The notes: generated from the sequence alone by a model not told the origin. Positions 26,088-44,772 are shown, numbered from the stretch's first letter. The stretch: DNA of 64,000 bases from Chrysomallon squamiferum (GCA_012295275.1 CM022679.1:14880001-14944000), one strand, 5' to 3'. Numbers and translations: made by a program.

Positions 26088-27624
26088 CTAACAGTATATT
26101 TTTTAATGAAACAAAAGTCAGGCCTAATACATTAGTTTACGTACCTTGTGACTTGTCACTTCAGCTGAATTTTAAACTATGACTAAGTTTATTTAAGATG
26201 GTCATAGGCCACTAAACAAAAACCTGGTGGACATTCTGACCTCGGGCAGTAGCACTTTTAACAGATCAATCCAAAATTATGATTATCGATGGATAACTGC
26301 ATAATGATCTTCTCATTGTTATTTACATGTATCATAATAATAATTATTAGTAGTAGTATTGTTTTGTGCTAGAGTATCTGAAAATACATTAAACATGTAG
26401 TAAATATTTGTACAATTAGTATATTTTATATAGCTTTTAAGATTTTGAAATATTAATTACATATAAAATATTTCCAGTATGTTTATTTTTTTAACTTTCT
26501 AAATTATTTAAAGGTATAATAGGGGTTGTTGCAATAACTCAAAGTAACTGCACACAAATGTTTATTTATTACCTTTCTTTTTGAAGTAATTATCTAAAAT
26601 TATGTCTTGTTCATAATATAGTAGATGTGAATAGAACAAAGTTCACTTTCATCTTTATTTACAATTCTGCTATTTTTAAAAATTCCATTACATGACTAAA
26701 CTGTGATTAAATAAAAAAATTAAAAATATACCTAAAAGTAAATAAAAAATTAGAACATAAGGCACTGACATTCTTATTTGTTTTAGTTTTGGTGATGTTT
26801 ATCCAGTTCCAGCAATTTGAAAAATGCTCACATATGAACTATATTTTTTTAAATAATATGCTCATCACAAGACATGGGGTTCTTTGATCTAATACAGGAT
26901 CTGGCGAAAACAAATTGTCTCTATATGCAGTTTGAAGATTCTAGTGCCAGTTTAGTGGTGGAAGTATCATGAATTTAAATTTGTTCATTCATCCTTTTTC
27001 AAACTATCATGAACTTAAATGTACTTATGAATGTTCAGATCAGAACTATATCGGACATTTAAGATAGTTGCTATGAACAAATATTACTTTATTTTATGTT
27101 ACACAATTTAACACAATAAAATCTTTGCATTCTTAAATCAGTGAATAATACCAAACATTTAAAAAAAAAAAAAAAGTCAAAACATTTTTCACCAAGTCAT
27201 CATTTCAATAACATTTGTAATAGATTTATTTTTGGCTTATTAACTGATAAATATCAGCAATGATGGTGGATCATTTGTTTATTTTAGGAGGTAGTGGTTA
27301 TTTAGTCACCCCAGTAATATGAAAAATAGGCAACTTATTTTTAATGAATAAATTGCTTACTTGTTAACTTAAAGTAAGTTGTGTATATTTAGGAAGATTA
27401 ATAACACAATCATTCCTCCAAAATTGGTTTTTCAAATTTTCCCAGTTATTTAACCATGATCATGTATAATCAGCAATTAAAAGCCTTCTCCTACAGCGAT
27501 CTTATATAAATCAGGTAATACTTTAACACATTACTATTCATGTATTTTTATTCATCAGTCAGTAACATGAAACAAAACAAAAAAGATTTTTTCTTCTTTT
27601 TATAGTTTTTATTTATAACAATGG

Positions 27625-30508
<2,884 letters not shown>

Positions 30509-31693
30509 GGTGTACTGAAGAAGTGGAAGCAATCCTGTTTAAAATAGAAAAGAAAAACATTATTAACAAAGTTGATCAACAAGGTAACACCAGTTTATAC
30601 AAAGATAAATCAGCAGCAGCAGACCATATCTTCAATAAAAAAATAAAGATTTAGTTTATGTAAATGTCTACCAAGAGTTACATGAATTATAGCAACATGT
30701 TTCGCAGTCTTGAAATACATCTATAATGAATATAACTACCAGTATCAACATCAACAAATACAATTAACTATTATTTCAATCGTAACAAGTTATGATGTAT
30801 CAATAATTATAATAATATTCTGTATTCAGTAGCAATGCTAACATTTTTTAAAAATTGTCAAATAATAATACCATTAAAATTCAATCCCAAATGTAAAAAT
30901 GAAAAACGTTCTTAAGATATTTAAGTGTAAAGTTAAAACATTTTTAAATAAATTTTATTTTTTTTTTTTTTTTTTAAATAAAATTTTAACCAGCCTGACT
31001 ATGAAAGATTGGCCTAAATGTTCCATTTAAATAATTTGTTCAACGTAGTCAATCGTTTTCTTTTTTTTTTACGATGTTTTACCCTAATAATAATAATATT
31101 CACTAATTCAGTTTTTACCTATTTCCCTGTTTTATGTTTAAAGTGTTTTGTTTTATTTTCGGATTGTCAAAAATATCTTAAGAAATTCCCATAACAAAAA
31201 AACAAAAAATGTTTGATCTCATTTGCTTAAAACATTTAGTAAGGTTTAGTGTAAGTTTTGAGGTTGGGAATTTGCCACTGCTGAAAAAAATTAAATTTTA
31301 AAAAAGGTAGCGAGCGTCCCTGGCGGCCGGGAGCACTGCTATATCCAGTCTACTTTGGTATCCAAACATTAGAACATGTAAAAACCTTCTTTTTTTTAAA
31401 AATATAATTAAGTAATTGTCAATGTAACTCAACGAAACTCAATAAATTTATTTTTATGATACAGAATGCAACTGTTGTGTTATAAATGAACGGACCAAAT
31501 AATTATTAATAAACTTAATAAAGTGATCCATGATGCCAGTTTAAATTGTGTTCTGGTGTTGTACAACACTGAAAAATGTTATCATAAACACATTAACATA
31601 TACACTAATATGTTATTAAAAAATTAAACTAGGATATCCAATACAAATTTAAATCATTTAGCTTGGATGTTACACGATTACATTCACACTTAC

Positions 31694-31735
31694 CACAACA
31701 GCTACACACTATTATTATCTTCGGCTAAAAGGAAG
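31694..31735 (-). promoter_or_regulatory. RPL38: RPL38 non-coding exon 1 with TCT/5'TOP start
   Basis: Sense CTTCCTTTTAGCCGAAG...GTTGTG|gtaagt; a polypyrimidine start is typical of ribosomal protein genes. Exon 2 is 30506-30534 and ends in ATG. Confidence 0.8.
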
Positions 31736-32546
31736 TTATTCTTCTTTCGTAACTTCCACCTTAAAGACGCTCTCAACAAAATAAAACAAAGCAACCTTCG
31801 AATTTAGAAGACTTAATTTGATCAACAATACCAGATTTGTCAGTTCTTAACAGTAAGATTAAAGCATTTAAATTATTTCGCAGAATAGTACATATATATT
31901 CTTCAGTATATCTCCAATATATCTTCAGTAAATGTCGATGAATATTCTTGATTTCGTTTTTTTAAATATATAGAGAAATTAATAATATATAATAATAAAT
32001 AAATTAAAAAAATAGTACAAATAAAAACAATAAATAAATAAATAATATTCGAATTTACTTAATTTAATTCTCTGTTATCGTTGGTTATATGAAATGTTTA
32101 TTCATTAATAATGTTGAATTCATTAATAATTAATTGCCAAGAAATTGTAATAATACAATAAAGTGCAAAGTATATGTATTTTTATTTATTAAATAGTACA
32201 TAATAAAATTAATATATTCAGTTCTACCTTTTAAAGTGATATTAAACGAAATTATATTAAATATGCATTAGTTCAACACATTTAAAACTATGCCAAAAGT
32301 AGATAAGAGAAAGATAAATTAATTTATTCATATGAAACAGGATCAAGATGAAAAAGAGAAAATATTTTTACAAAAATCTATTGATATTGACAAAACAACT
32401 TTATTTGATTTAAAAAAAAAAAAAAAAAAACAAGTGAATTATTAATAATACTATTATCAGAACCGTTTGCCTCCTTAGTCCTTGCTCCAAGTAATTCGTC
32501 TATTGTCTATTTGTGTTAAAATAATGTTATTGTAATTCTAGTTTCA

Positions 32547-32619
<73 letters not shown>

Positions 32620-32639
32620 TGTATTTTACTTATTTTTTT

Positions 32640-32761
32640 AGGCCGGTACAGATGGTGCGGAGTGCATCTAAACTCGGTGGAGATGTTTAACAGATAGTGG
32701 TCGCCATTTTGTTACAAGGTTCGCTGGTTGGTTCTGAATTGGAAACATTTATCGTTGAGAG
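32640..32761 (+). promoter_or_regulatory. CCAR1: Probable CCAR1 core promoter and non-coding first exon
   Basis: Local GC/CpG rise, YY1-type CGCCATTTTG at ~32702, donor GAG|gtattt at 32761/32762. Confidence 0.6.
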
Positions 32762-35700
32762 GTATTTATTTAATCATACCATCTCAAGAACTGTCATTGA
32801 CATACTTTGTTTTATCGTTAATTAAATTTTGTCAGTTGTGTAACTAAGTGGTCGACTGCATGTAATCGATAACGTTTTCATTTAGGTTGTCTCCCTTCCC
32901 AGTTACTCAGTTACAACTTACTGCATTACTGCTATTAATGAGCAAGTAACGTTATCACTTGTAACAGTGTAAGTGATATAGTATTGCAACCAAGCTGCTT
33001 AACACAAATTCATTAATTGCACATTAATATCTTAGACTTATGATACATTTATTGTAATCATCATTATTTATTTATTTATTTATTTATTTTGGTAAATGTT
33101 ATAGATGTTTAAGAATATATAATTATAAATTATATAAATGCCAATTGGCAATTGTATTTGAAACATTAAAACAGTCTATTCACAAACTTATTTATTCATC
33201 AACTCAGTGGTACTGATAAACTCTGCAACTGCCTGTTTTTTGGTGGTTTCTTTTTTCTTTATTTTTTTATTATTATTTTTTTTAATGTTTAACTGACACT
33301 GAAACTTCAGCTTGTGTGGTCAAACTTCAGTGAGTGTGACCTAATTAGATTTTATTTCCAGTTTAGCCCCTGTCCCCCAAAGCTGATACTCTGCAAGTTT
33401 AATTCAGATTCTGACTTAGCCTGATGCAACCATTTTGAATATTTTCATAATAAAAAAAAATAAAAAGGAAGAGGAAAATCAATAAAATTGTAGTGACATT
33501 TATAAAATGACTGATTTACAGTCATTAGCAATCTCTTTTTCATATTTATTTAGATTACAGTATTTCTGAATTAAAACAAGAAAGCAAAATATTTGTTTCA
33601 CTATGAGTATGATTTATTTAAATAACAAAATAAAATATAATCAAATTAGGCATAAAAATGATGTAGATGTATGTATATACCATTATATTTAGTTTGAGTG
33701 TATACATGTATACTCATGAAGCATTTTATTATGTTTTTTATTTGATTTTTGTTGGATCTGTTTTTTTTTTACCATATTCACAAATGTTACCAAACTGAAT
33801 AATGCATGTCAAAGTTCCAGAACATTTTAACTAATAATAAAATGGCACAGAAGCTTTTATTTCACAGTACCCCTGTGTCAAATCTTAAAATTAAGTAATA
33901 ATTAACCCCATTTTTGGGTTATGATTATAACCAATTGAAGCCAAACTGAAACCATATATTCATATATATTTCAAGATGGGGTTCAGGCAGATCCTTTACC
34001 ATTGATTTTACAGCAGTTAAAGGCACATCATTATTAAGTTTATTGTCACTCTTCTGTTTTTTACGCAGTAATACACTCATCTTAATTTTTTACACATGGA
34101 TGTAGCTGGAAAAATTGCCTTTCAATATCATAACTATTATAGTTATATAACTATTTCAAAGATAACTGACAAATAGAAATGATTATGTTAATTTATTTAT
34201 TTATTTATTTATTATTATTTTGGGTTTTTTATTATAAAGAAGAATAGTTGAAAGTATTGCAATAGTAATAATACTAAATATTATTTTTTGCTATTTAGTA
34301 GTGTGTGCTATATTTTCCTGTTTAAAATGTATGACACACACATAACCTAGTCAACAGATTATGTTCATTACCTGAAATAGTTATCACATGTATTCAGAAA
34401 GTAGATAATTCCTATGTGTGCACAGATGTAAAAAGACTGCCTTCACAAAATAACAGGTTTTATTATTTATAAATGTACAGGTGTCAATTATTAATTTTAG
34501 CATTTGTTTTATCTTCTAAAAAACATGAATCATTTATTAAAAAAAAGGAAGAAGAAAAATAGCTAAACGAAGGTCTTTTGAAATGGATGCTCCTTGTTTT
34601 GAGCAACATATATGGTTTAGATATAATTTCTGCCTACCCTTTGTCATATTTTATCATGTTGATTAGAATTTGTCATTAATTACTTTTGTGATTTTGAATA
34701 CATTATTAAATATATTAACTTATGGGTTTGCTTGCATCCATCATTGTTCACAGATTATCACGAGTAAATCATTTTTTCCATTTGCTATTTTCAAGAAAAA
34801 GACATGCTTTCCTTTTTGTGGAAATATGTATGTTATTATTATTATTATTCTTTTAATACAGTATTGTTCTGAAGAAAATATGTTTGTGTATTTCTGCGTG
34901 GGTGTTTTTACTTGTACTTGAAAATTAACTTATATGTTCGTCATCCCACAGGATAGCACATACCTGCTGATATGCCAACAGAACAGCAATCTATTCAGTT
35001 ACATTTTTATTAAGAATCAGTCTGAAACCCATCATTTGGCAGGAACTTTATAACCACTGAACTTCAGCCCTTTTCAAAAAGTCTTTACTTAAAGCACTAA
35101 CTGCCTATAAATAATTATAAAGCATGTCCTGAACATAATAATTAATACTTTAACATGCACACTGCACTAAATCAGTCATCCATTTAATTTGTAATGCATT
35201 GCGGCTATTCGTGACGGAGTTCTGCAGGAGGTAGTTGACACACTTTCTATTAGTAATTAATAATTTATATATACATTCAGTTTTAAAATATACATCTGTG
35301 AATTGATCTGTCTTCAGACCAGTCTGTGTAAAAGGGTAATGAATACATTTATCAAGAGGAAAATGACATTCATTTCATAATGTAACAGCAGGATTTTATT
35401 AAAATCCTTTAACAGTTTGCTGTCTTAGGTCACAGTGCTCCAGATACATTATATTTTTAAATAAATTTTACATGCTTGACAGCCTTCAGTGTTTCAGTAC
35501 TTGGCAGTTGCTGGTTACCTAGACATCAGTTTCAAGTTGCATTACAAATGAAACAGCATCTGTGTTAAACATTAATGTGATTTGTGCTTGTAAAGGTAAC
35601 TTAATCAGGTATAATTGTTGGATATAAACCAAAACTAATCATTTTTATTATTCAGTGTATATATATATGTCATTTTTTTTTCTAAATACAGTTTTAGAAA

Positions 35701-36759
35701 ATGTGTTTAATATTAATTTTGTATCCATCCATACAACCTATTAAAGAAAATAAATAAGCAAACATAAAATTATTCTTTGATAATAAATTTTCACATGCAG
35801 CATTCAGTAATCACTAAAGCTATATGTTTCATTATATTTCTGTTTTGGTATAAATGTATTAAATCTTCAAATCACAACTGTTGATATATTATAATCTATA
35901 ATGGTCTTCTGTGACTGAGAAAAAAAATCAGATGTCAGTATTGAATATATCTGTTACTACTGCTTGTATTTGCAGATTTTTGTTGTTTTTTATTTTAGTT
36001 ACACGTGAAACTGATCTTGCATGTTATGTATTTAAATCAATGAAGTACAACTAAAAACATAACTGCATCATCTGAATATCTTTCATATGATTCATAACTA
36101 TTTTGCAATAAAAGAAAACCAATTTTATTATCTTACATTAGTTTTTTACATTCAGGTAGTAATCTGTACATAAACAGTGGTATTTATAATGACTCATAAT
36201 GTCTGAAAACTAAACAGTATAGTGCATGTTTTTGTAATTGAATTATTTAATGTTATTACGGAAATGAGTATCAGATGTTTCTAAATTAATATAAAAATAT
36301 CCAGTGTTCAGAACTAGATGCTGTAGTCTCATTTAAGTGTACAAACACAGGAGAAGCATTTTGGTAGTGTTGAGTTGTACACAAATATTCATATTTCTGA
36401 ATTTGATACCACTCATATTAAGAGTTCATGGAAATGTCTGTGCAACTTTACCTAACTTGAAATTCCTTTGAAACATCTTTAGTATAAACATTTTTATTTT
36501 ATTTTATTTTGTTTATTTGTTTTATTTTATTATTATTTATTGAGATCATTAGATACAATAATTATGTCTAAATGTCAAAAGAAAAGGAATCTATTCATTT
36601 TATTCAGACTTAAACCTGTAAATGCGTGCAATCCCATGCTATGATAATGTAATACGCCCCCAGTTTTTAACCAGTCATCCTGTTATACTTCGTTTATTTC
36701 AAATGCTTCAGTTCATTGGATTGAAGTGGAGCATGATGACAAAATTACTGCTAGTTATT

Positions 36760-36820
<61 letters not shown>

Positions 36821-37403
36821 AAAAAGTTCATGTAAATATTAACTATTTGTTTGAAAGTGGTAAAATTATTTTGATAATGACATTAACAGATACATTACTT
36901 TCATAAAAAAAACCCAGTTAAATTAAAAAAAAAACATGTTCCTTGTTTTTCTGCTGTATATTTGTTGTACATAAACTGGTCTTTAATATTGCAGCCAAAC
37001 TTTTTTTTCCAGATGTATATTAACAGCTTGAAGTATATTGGCTCTTCAAAAGAATAGAAAAAGGCAGTTTATCTTTTGTGTGGTTATGTATTGATGCATA
37101 TGTTAAATGCAGGTTGAATAGGTTTCAGACTTAGAAAAATCTATTCTAAGTTTGTAGATTAACTAAAAATAGTAAGCACTTTATTCTGTATTATTGAAAT
37201 TTGTTATCTATCTTCCACAGGCTGATGAATTTTTCTTCTTCATCCATTTTAAGTGCAGTGCAGAAGGTGTCTGTAAATGAATTTAGAATTTGTTTTCAGA
37301 AATGGAGCATACTTGACTTCATTACCAGTAGTACTGTCTGATAAAGAAATAACTGTTGGCTATAGTGTAATAAACTAATTATATCTTTCCTTCAGTTTTC
37401 AGA

Positions 37404-37517
37404 ATGGCTTCCCAGTTTGGTACAGCGAAAAATCCTCCTTGGGCCAGAACAGGTAAGTAAAGGCATTCTACATTCTGGTGTATTTTCTTTTTATAAATGC
37501 AGGTTTTGTATTTTGTG

Positions 37518-37552
<35 letters not shown>

Positions 37553-40500
37553 GTGTTAGCAATGCCAGCTTCGCATGTATTAATGTAAGAAAATATTTTC
37601 AAGTTGATTAATATTATATTTATTTATTTTTTAATTAATTAATTAATTAATTAATTTATTTATTTATTTATTTATTTACTTATCCTGTTTTGTTTTACAT
37701 GTGTGTGTGTGTATGTATATATCTGTATAGTGCATGTCTTCCAGATTTAATTCAAGTGACTGCATCATCAACACCAGGGAGTGCAGTGAACCCAGGACTG
37801 ATATCTCCTCCAGGAGTTGCAAGCCACAACGTCTATAGCCTCAGCACTCCGGCGCCAGGATTAGCACAGCAACAATTTAATGCACAACAACTAACAGTTA
37901 TGGGTTTACAACCACAGGTTTGTATTTAAAAAAATCTATTTAAGTGATTTTAGACCTGTTGAATAAACCAGTTTATATACTAAACCATCTGACCTACATT
38001 CTTTAATATGTTGTTAGTAAATAAAATGTTACACATGATAATGATTTGGGTGGCTAGATATTTATTTTTATCAGTTATCACATTAAAAATGATAGGGAAT
38101 TTTTTTTTTTTTTTTTTAAATTGATTATTAAGAAATATTTATGGACTTGAACTGTAAAGGAAGATATGCATTTATTTAAAAAAAAAAAAAAATTTAATGT
38201 TTTATTTTATTTATTTATATATTTATTTATTTATATTTAATAATTAAATTATATATATACTATTTAATTGGTGCTAAGATCCATATGTACACTTAAATTA
38301 TTAATCTGGTTTTTTTAGTCTTTATGCAGGTTACACTGTCATGATTAAGAACTAAATATTTATCTTTAATATCAGTTTAATATTTATTTCAGAATGTCAT
38401 AATTTAAAATATTAAAAAAAAGAAAGATAAGATTTATGGCACAGAAATTATTTAGATGTATTATTAATTAAAAATGCAAATTTCAAATTTCAGCAAGCTA
38501 TTCAGCAGCCAAGTGCACAAGCTGTGTTAAGTCAGCCTGGTATAGCCATTCCAACATCGCTGGCATCATCGCAGGTTGCAACTGTGAGCTACCCTCTACC
38601 TCGAACAACACAGATACCAGGCAAACAGCGTGTTTTTACAGGAACCATCACTAAACTTCATGACAACTTTGGTTTTGTGGACGAAGATGTATTTTTCCAG
38701 ACCAGGTAAATGTAACTTCTGAATCAGACTTCTCTTTTGTTTTCCTCAGCACATATAAGATTTGTGGTTTCTGGAGCTTTTATTTCTTCTTTTGTTTGTC
38801 AAAATATAAATGTTTCACAGATAAATGGATGTCCGAGACATAAACTATTTTGTTAGATTTATACATTACTGATTATACTGTAAATTTTTTCACTATTTTC
38901 TGTGTTTAGTGATCTGATTATTTTCCTTTATAAATAAAATCCTTTTTTAAAATTCATCATCTACTGGGAAAAAGGAAATCCAAGTCAGAAATTCTTCACA
39001 TGTTTTTTTTTTATGCTGTTTTTTATCATTTCTGTACTGGTTTGTACACTGTACATTATGACACTTGCAGAAGAATCAACTATTTCTTATCAAATGATTC
39101 AGTTTGTCTAGAAGTAAAACAACTCCCAGAAAAAATGATTATTATATTTGTCTTGAGAAATACTATTTTTCAAAAGGAAATTTTTTACTGCCTTAAACTT
39201 ACAAAATTTACCTTTGTTCCAGCTGCTGTGTCAAGGGTCCAACACCACCCAAAGCTGGAGCTCGGGTGTTGGTTGAAGCAACCTACAATGCAAACATGCC
39301 CTTTAAGTGGAATGCCACACGCATTCAAGTGTTGCCTAATCAGGTATTTGCTTATTTTTGTTTATTTCTTAATGGCTGATTGCTATCTTTTTCTACTGTT
39401 GGTTCTTTTACTAGTTTAATAAATCTTTCATATTATAATATTTACAGTTTTAGATCAAGCCACTTGTATATGTGTAATTTGTTTGATATGTTACAACATG
39501 TTTAAAAATTCCTTTTTGTTTAGGGATGACATTAACTGTTTATTCATTTGTTTGTAAACCCTTGTACAAAATATTATAATTTATACATTGAAACAGAACT
39601 AACAGTTTTGATATTTTGCAATAATTGCTGTTTGTACATCCTAAATATCCAGAGTACTTAATTTATCAATATCACTTCAGACAGGAAGTGCACAGAATCA
39701 TAGTGCTAAAGGAATGCAAGGGATGCAACAGCAGCAACAGCAACAGCAACAACAGCAGCAACAGCAGAACATTGGGATGGCAAATCAGATGTCTGTTGGT
39801 CCTATGAATCAAGTACCACCTCCACTGATGTCTCAGACTCCACAACCATCCATGGGTGACCCTAATTAACATGATTAATTACATCCTCTGATTTCTGAAT
39901 GACATTATTAAAAATACTAAATATAACAGAAACATTAGATTCTATGCCAGTTAAGAGTTTAGAGTACATCCACTCGTAAGGTCCTAAAATATGGTAATGA
40001 AAACATGTTTATCATTTTAATGAAACAAATATTTTAAATATTTTAAATATTGTTCTTTTGCTAAATTAAATACACTTGTTTTATTTCTGAAACTGAGCTT
40101 TGAAAACCGTGTAATGTATTGTTTTTGTTTGTGTTTGTGATCAGGAATGTACCCAGGTGGTGGTAGAGGAAACCCGATGCATGCACGAAATGACGGTAAC
40201 CGCTTCAACAAGATGGAGCGAGACAAACATCGTGACCAGGATCGAGACAGAGACCGGCGAGACAGGCGGGAACAGAGGTTGAAGCGACAGAGGTCGCCGA
40301 TAGGACCCAAACCACGCGAAACTCGCCGGTCCAGAAGTCCTGTGCGAAGACGGCCGCAGAGAGTGGTGCCTCGTTACGTTGTACAGATTCCCAAAATATC
40401 TTTTGACTGGTTAGTCACTTAGAGAAACAAAATCTAGAAACATCTGATGATGATTTTACTTGTTATGATTTAAAATGTTTTATTAGTTTTTCTTTGGTTG

Positions 40501-43500
40501 TTTTGGAGAGACTGTGCTGTTTGCTTTCTTACGAGAAGGTTGATATTAAATATCGTTTTCTGCTAATTGGTAACAATATCATTTAATGACAGCTCAGTAT
40601 AATCACTAGTATAATATGTAGAATATTATTTTTTTTATTTATAATAACCAAGTTAAGTATTAAAAAATATCTTTCTATTGCTTGATAACACAAATTCATT
40701 TAGTAATAGCTCTGGGTATGTTCACTTGTATGATTGTCATGTTACCAACACACATTTTTCATATATAATAACAAAATACTTTTTAATATTAAAAACCACT
40801 TTCTGCTGTTTGGTATATAATCACTGGATAATTTATGAAATAGCAGTTTTTTAGTATTAAAAAACACTTTCATATTATTGTTAATGCTATCTCATTTAAT
40901 GATAATTTCAGATATAATCAGTCACTTGTAAATTGTCATTAACCAAACATACAAGTCCAAAAATATATTTTTTGTTTGTTTGAAATAAGCAAAACACAAC
41001 AGTAATTTCTTTACTTATTGTTTTCAGCAAAGAGTCGGGTGTGATAACACTGCGATCTCGCTATCCAAACATGTACATCCCCAGTGACTGTTTCAATGCA
41101 GTGTTCTCCTGGACAGACGCTTTCTGTCTGAACCAGCCATTTAAACTGGGCACCAGTTGTTCCTTCCATGTCATGCCAAAAGATGTTGAACCTCTGCATC
41201 CTAATGATGCAGTCCTCGATCCCCCAGATGCAGACCATCTCTATACAGCCAAGGTAATGGTGCCTTGCAATTCATGGGGAACATCATTTTTTCTTTTTCA
41301 TTTCCATTTTTTTATTTTGGTTGTTTGTTTGATTTTTTTTGTTTCTTTTTTTTTTTTTTTTTTGTATTTCAGAATTCGCACTGTAGTTAAATGAATTTCT
41401 GAAGATGAAAATTTTGTTATTGGTAATGGATGGATGTAGATATTTTGTCAGATTTGTACCTATTCAGTGTTCCTAAGAAAGTATAGTGTAGAGCATTGGT
41501 ACTGGTAGTGATAGAGAGCGAGGTAGTGTAGTGTAGTTTACTGCAGTGCATGGGGTAGTGTAATATAGTGTAGTTCAGTGTAGTGTGGTGTGGGCCTGTG
41601 GGAGTGAGTGAAAAGGAAAGAAAACCAAATATTCTGGACATGTGTGGTTTTTCATTTTCTTTTTTTTACATTTCAGGTGATGTTACTGTCTTCTCCACCT
41701 CTGGAGGAGCTGTACAAGAAATCGTGCAATCTGGCTGAAGATAATACAGAAATGTTTCAGCACCCGACTCGTCTGTTGCAGTTTTTGGTGGGTGTGAGGG
41801 GCAAAAACGAGCCGATGGCTATAGGAGGGGCGTGGTCACCTTCACTAGATGGCCCTGATCCTGAGGACAACCCACAGGTTCTGATAAAAACTGCAATAAG
41901 AACAACGAAGGCACTGACTGGTCTCGATCTCAGCTCATGTACCCAGTGGTGAGTTAGTTTTAAGGAAGAAAGCAAGATATTATTTAAAAAAAAAAAAAAA
42001 AAAATTATGAAAAGATAATACAATTTTTTTTTTTTAAATTATAAATGTAGAATTATTTCCAAACCTGGGTGGATGTTTCTAGGGCTGATTTATACCTGGC
42101 TGACTGGTATGGAGAAACTGTTGTTAAAATTGATTATTAGATAAAAATGTATTAGTTTTTTTATTATTATTATTATTAATTTAACCCAAACAGTTGTTGA
42201 TTTCATAACACTTTAACCTGCATTCTGTTATTCTTTTGATCACTGTTCAAGCCATTAATTTTTACAATAATATATTCAAGTAACATTAATGATTTTAAAT
42301 TGATCTAATAAAAAAAAAAAAAAAAATAAAAAAAAAAAAGAAATTAATCATTCTATAAATAAGGATAACAATAATAATCAGCATAAACATGTGTGTTAAA
42401 TGTCAGATATGATACTCAGTGTTGGATGGTTTTATACATTTTAATTTCACTGGTCTCAGTTTGAGTTTTTAATCTTCTTTCTCTAACCAATGTTCAAGTA
42501 AGTACCACCCTCCTGCAGCTTGCATTAAACATTCCTTGTTCCTTGTCAGCTCACAGGACAGTTCTGAGATACATTCTTACTGTTGTTTCTTGAGAATATA
42601 CTGACAAATCTCAGATAGATGTTTCTCTGTCATTTGTAATGGTTGTTAATATTTGTTGATACTTTTTTTTTGGCACGGTTTGATTTATTTAAGCTTTTCA
42701 TAAAGAAAAACTAACAACTTGTGTTTTGAATAGTAAATATATTTATCTGAGTATGTTTAATATAATGGCTGACTGATTTTATTTTTCATATGAGTGACAA
42801 ATTGATTGATTAGTATGATAGGTTTCATGTATCTCTATTGTTTTTAACATAATCTACATTAGATAGTCATTACTTTATTAGTCACTTCTTGTTATTTGCT
42901 TAACATTATTACTAGAATTTCATCAGAAATTAGTGGAAGATAAATATTTTTCCAATTGGAAAAGATTTAACGATTCCATCATACATACATAATAATCATT
43001 GAACTACAGTTATTTTCACTAACATCATACAACTTGGCATTGTTCTTATTCAAGAAATCACTACTAATTCACACATCTCAATGGGAATGCTGTAAACTAA
43101 ATCCATGTGGTTGATGTTGCACAAATTAAACTGCTTAAATAAGGCTTTTCCTTCAAATCTAAATGTTGGGTCTGTAGTCTTTATTTTAATTGAGTACAGT
43201 GTTCTGAATTTGGTTTAGTGTTAAAATATTTTCCTTTTAAATGTTTTGCTCACTTCGTGACATCAAATCCGCTTGACAGCAGTTGTTAGACTCAACGCTT
43301 TCTTCCCTTCTTCCTAACCTCGTTCTTGTTCAACATGTTTTGTTTTGACTTCTACAAAATAAAACACCTTTATCTTTACTGATCCTTCTTCAGCAAACTT
43401 TTTTCAGTTTCTCTTGATGACTTTTAAAAAGGTATTTTTATTATTTAATTTAAAAGAAAAATAATAATAATTATACCTATTTCATTGAACTGTTCATTTC

Positions 43501-44337
43501 TGCCATTCCCTGCTCCATGTTTTTTTTTTTTTTTTTTTTAAATAGAAGATAGAAATAATCATGTATTATTTATAGATTGTATTATAAATTATATGCAGTG
43601 AAAATAGTATGGTAGTTCATTAAAACAGATATTTTATATATTAATTTAAGAAGAATGTTGATTTTTCTTTTGGCTTTCAGGTCCATTTTTGACATAAATT
43701 AGTATTAGTTTTAAATTTATATATATATATAAAAATAATAATAATAATTAAAATTAAAAAATATATATAGTAATTCTTTTCTCTAGATATTTTCAGTTCA
43801 TGCAGAGTACCAAATTAACAGTTTAGAGTTAATTTTATTCATAGATGTATATTTGTGATTGCTCACTCATGGGGATTTTCAATATATTATTCCAGTTCTA
43901 ATTCATTTATAACTTCTGCTTTTGGACCTTATTTAAAAAAAATATTATAAAAAAAAAAAATAATAATAATAAAAAAAAAATTCCATAACCTTGCAAAATT
44001 TCAAACTAAATTACAGTATATATATATAGATATAGATATCTTTTTTTTAATTTTTTTTATTATTTTTTAATTTTTTAAATGGGTTAGCATTATATACATC
44101 AGAAAAGAAAGTAGGAAATAATTCAAAAATTGTCATATTAATTTTCCAGGGTCAGAAGGTAAAAGTTTCAGTGATGAATTAGTTTGAATAATTTTTATTA
44201 TTATTATTATTTTATTCTATTTTTTTTTTTTTTTTTTTTTGTTAACATTTTGTTTTTGTTGAATTAATGAATGAGACTAATTTGTTAAAAGTTGCATTTT
44301 GTTTATATAAACAACAACGACGAAAAAAAATCTTAAT

Positions 44338-44368
<31 letters not shown>

Positions 44369-44739
44369 GAATTAAAAAAAAGTTACTAATAAATAAATAA
44401 ATAAATGTCAAGGAATCCATTATTGTTGCATACCCCCATCTTCACCACAGGTATCGGTTTGCAGAGATACGCTACCTTCGGCCCGAGACGACCCACAAAG
44501 GCAAACAGGTTCCTGCACGCGTAGAAACTGTCGTTGTTTTCATGCCTGACGTCTGGATGTGTAGTCCAACCCGACTCGATTACACCAGCCTGCAGGCAGC
44601 CTACGCCCAGCAGCTCCAGCGAAAGATTGCTGTCCACGATGGCAAGGACATCCCACCTCAGGCACTTTCTAATTATCTGTCTTGTTTTTTCTTCATACAG
44701 TGTGTTGGCGGGAAATACCACTCTCAGTAACAAATAAAT

Positions 44740-44772
<33 letters not shown>

